Below are positions 62,784 to 64,000 of a DNA stretch of 64,000 bases, piece by piece. The translations under genes were made by a program, and so were the position numbers. How positions within the stretch are numbered: the stretch's first letter is position 1; each line of letters begins with the position of its first letter. The notes beneath the pieces were generated by a model. The model was not told where the DNA came from. It did not search any database and worked only from the letters and a program-made list of their open reading frames with translations. This DNA is from Macrostomum lignano. Lineage: Eukaryota. The stretch is from assembly GCA_002269645.1 (NCBI GenBank), contig NIVC01000887.1, positions 62,001-126,000 on the forward strand, in the 5' to 3' direction.

Positions 62784-64000
62784 GCCAGTCCGCACAACAC
62801 CAGCAAGCAGCAGCGGGAGCTCGAGCAGGCCGCCAGGCGGGCGGAGCGCGAGCGCAAGCGGCTGCAAAAAGAGGCGGAGAGGCTGGCGAAGGAGGCGGAG
62901 CGGCAGAAGCGAGAGGAGGAGAAGCGGCTGAAGAAGGAGGAGGAGCTGCGCAAGAAGGAAGAGGAGCGACAGGCGAAGGAGGAAGAGAAAAAGGCCAAAG
63001 AGGAGGAGCGGGCCAAGCTGAAAGAAGCCAAGGAGGAGGAGAGGAAAGCGAAAGAAGAAGAGAAAGCCAAGCTGAAGGAGGCCAAGGAGGAGGAGAGAAA
63101 GGCGAAAGAGGAGGAAAGGAAGGCCAAGGAGGACGAGAAGCAAAAGAGGCAGGAAGAAGAGCGCAGGCAGAAGGAGAAGCAGGCGAGTCTTCTGGCCAGC
63201 TTCTTCATCAAGAAGCCGGCAGCCTCCAGCGGAGCCCAGTCGGATGTCGGGGGTTCGAGTCAGACTGAGGAGGCGGCAGCGCCGGAGGAGAAGCGGCGCT
63301 TCATGCCGTTTCCGCTGCGCCGAGACGCCCGGCTGTGCCCGGCGATTCGCAGGGAGCCGCTGACTGAGTCGGAGAGAAATACCCTTGAGCAGTTTTTGAG
63401 CAGCGATGCAGCGCCGCAGGCTGAGTCCTACCTCACTGAGCTAAAGCATCGCCGGGGTCGCAGCTGCCCTCAGACCTGGCCACTTAGCGAGTTCCTGCAA
63501 GGCGGCTCCGATCCTGACGTTGTCATGGTGACGGAGACGCAGTCGCTGCGCAAGTGCAAGCTGTTGCAGTTCTGCGAGAACCACAGGCCCGCCTACTTTG
63601 GCACCTGGGGCAGGCGGAGCAGCGCCATCTCCGGCCGGAACCCGCTGAGCAGAGACGCGGCCACCCTGGACTACGATGTTGACAGCGAGGCCGAGTGGGA
63701 GGAGGAGGGTGAGGGCGAGGATCTGGACAGGTCCGAGGGAGATCCAGAGGAGGCTGGGTCGGATGATGATGACGAGGATGAGGCTGCCTTTGTTGTCCCC
63801 CACGGCTACCTGAGCGATGACGAAGGCGAGAACCCTGCGGAAGCTGAGGAGGAGGCTGAGGATGCTGAAACCAGGAAGAAGCGGCAGCAGCTGAGGCAGC
63901 GCGCGTTCGAGGAGAGCCAGCAGAGAAAAGTGCAGCGGCTGAAGCCGATTTTGTTCGGCATCAGCTTTGCCGAGCTCGCGGAGATCGCCGAGGAGGCGGC
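62784..64000 (+). CDS. CHAF1A: Chromatin assembly factor 1 subunit A (p150), large internal exon, partial
   Basis: CCTTCCAG|GCC; KER coiled coil, KCKLLQFCENHRPAYFGTW, LDYDVDSEAEWEEE, FVVPHGYLSDDEG. Open to the window end; first exon not identified. Confidence 0.95.

Noticed and set aside
62687-63268. Hydrophobic antisense ORFs (LAFLSSS repeats)
   Set aside because: Antisense of the CHAF1A KER coiled-coil coding region.

Overview
Eukaryotic (animal) genomic DNA with GC-rich exons, AT-rich spacers and introns filled by locus-private mini/microsatellites. The style suggests a free-living flatworm such as Macrostomum, but this is an inference and no search was run. Genes reconstructed by hand from splice signals: the last exon of an HCN/Ih channel (+), an intronless orphan ORF (+), a 3-exon alpha-1-adrenergic-like GPCR (-), a 3-exon sFRP1/2/5-like gene with a long basic tail (-), a 3-exon RFC2 (-), and a large CHAF1A (CAF-1 p150) exon (+, runs off the window). 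A candidate neuropeptide precursor needs a 1-nt correction. Mobile DNA: (i) 1-11178 is a head-to-tail array of three Helitron2/Helentron-like non-autonomous units carrying a 51-bp array of terminator-like hairpin+CTAG motifs, a tRNA-like A/B-box module and RFX X-box palindromes; (ii) a 1184-bp internally deleted P element (8-bp TSD) with an intact spliced THAP-only ORF, resembling KP-type repressor elements; (iii) a three-level nest with all TSDs readable: Mutator-like element > intact two-gene Harbinger > 854-bp foldback MITE; (iv) RTE LINE and hAT fossils. Intron 2 of the GPCR looks like a head-to-tail dimer of itself. Most long ORFs in the supplied track are repeat or antisense artefacts.
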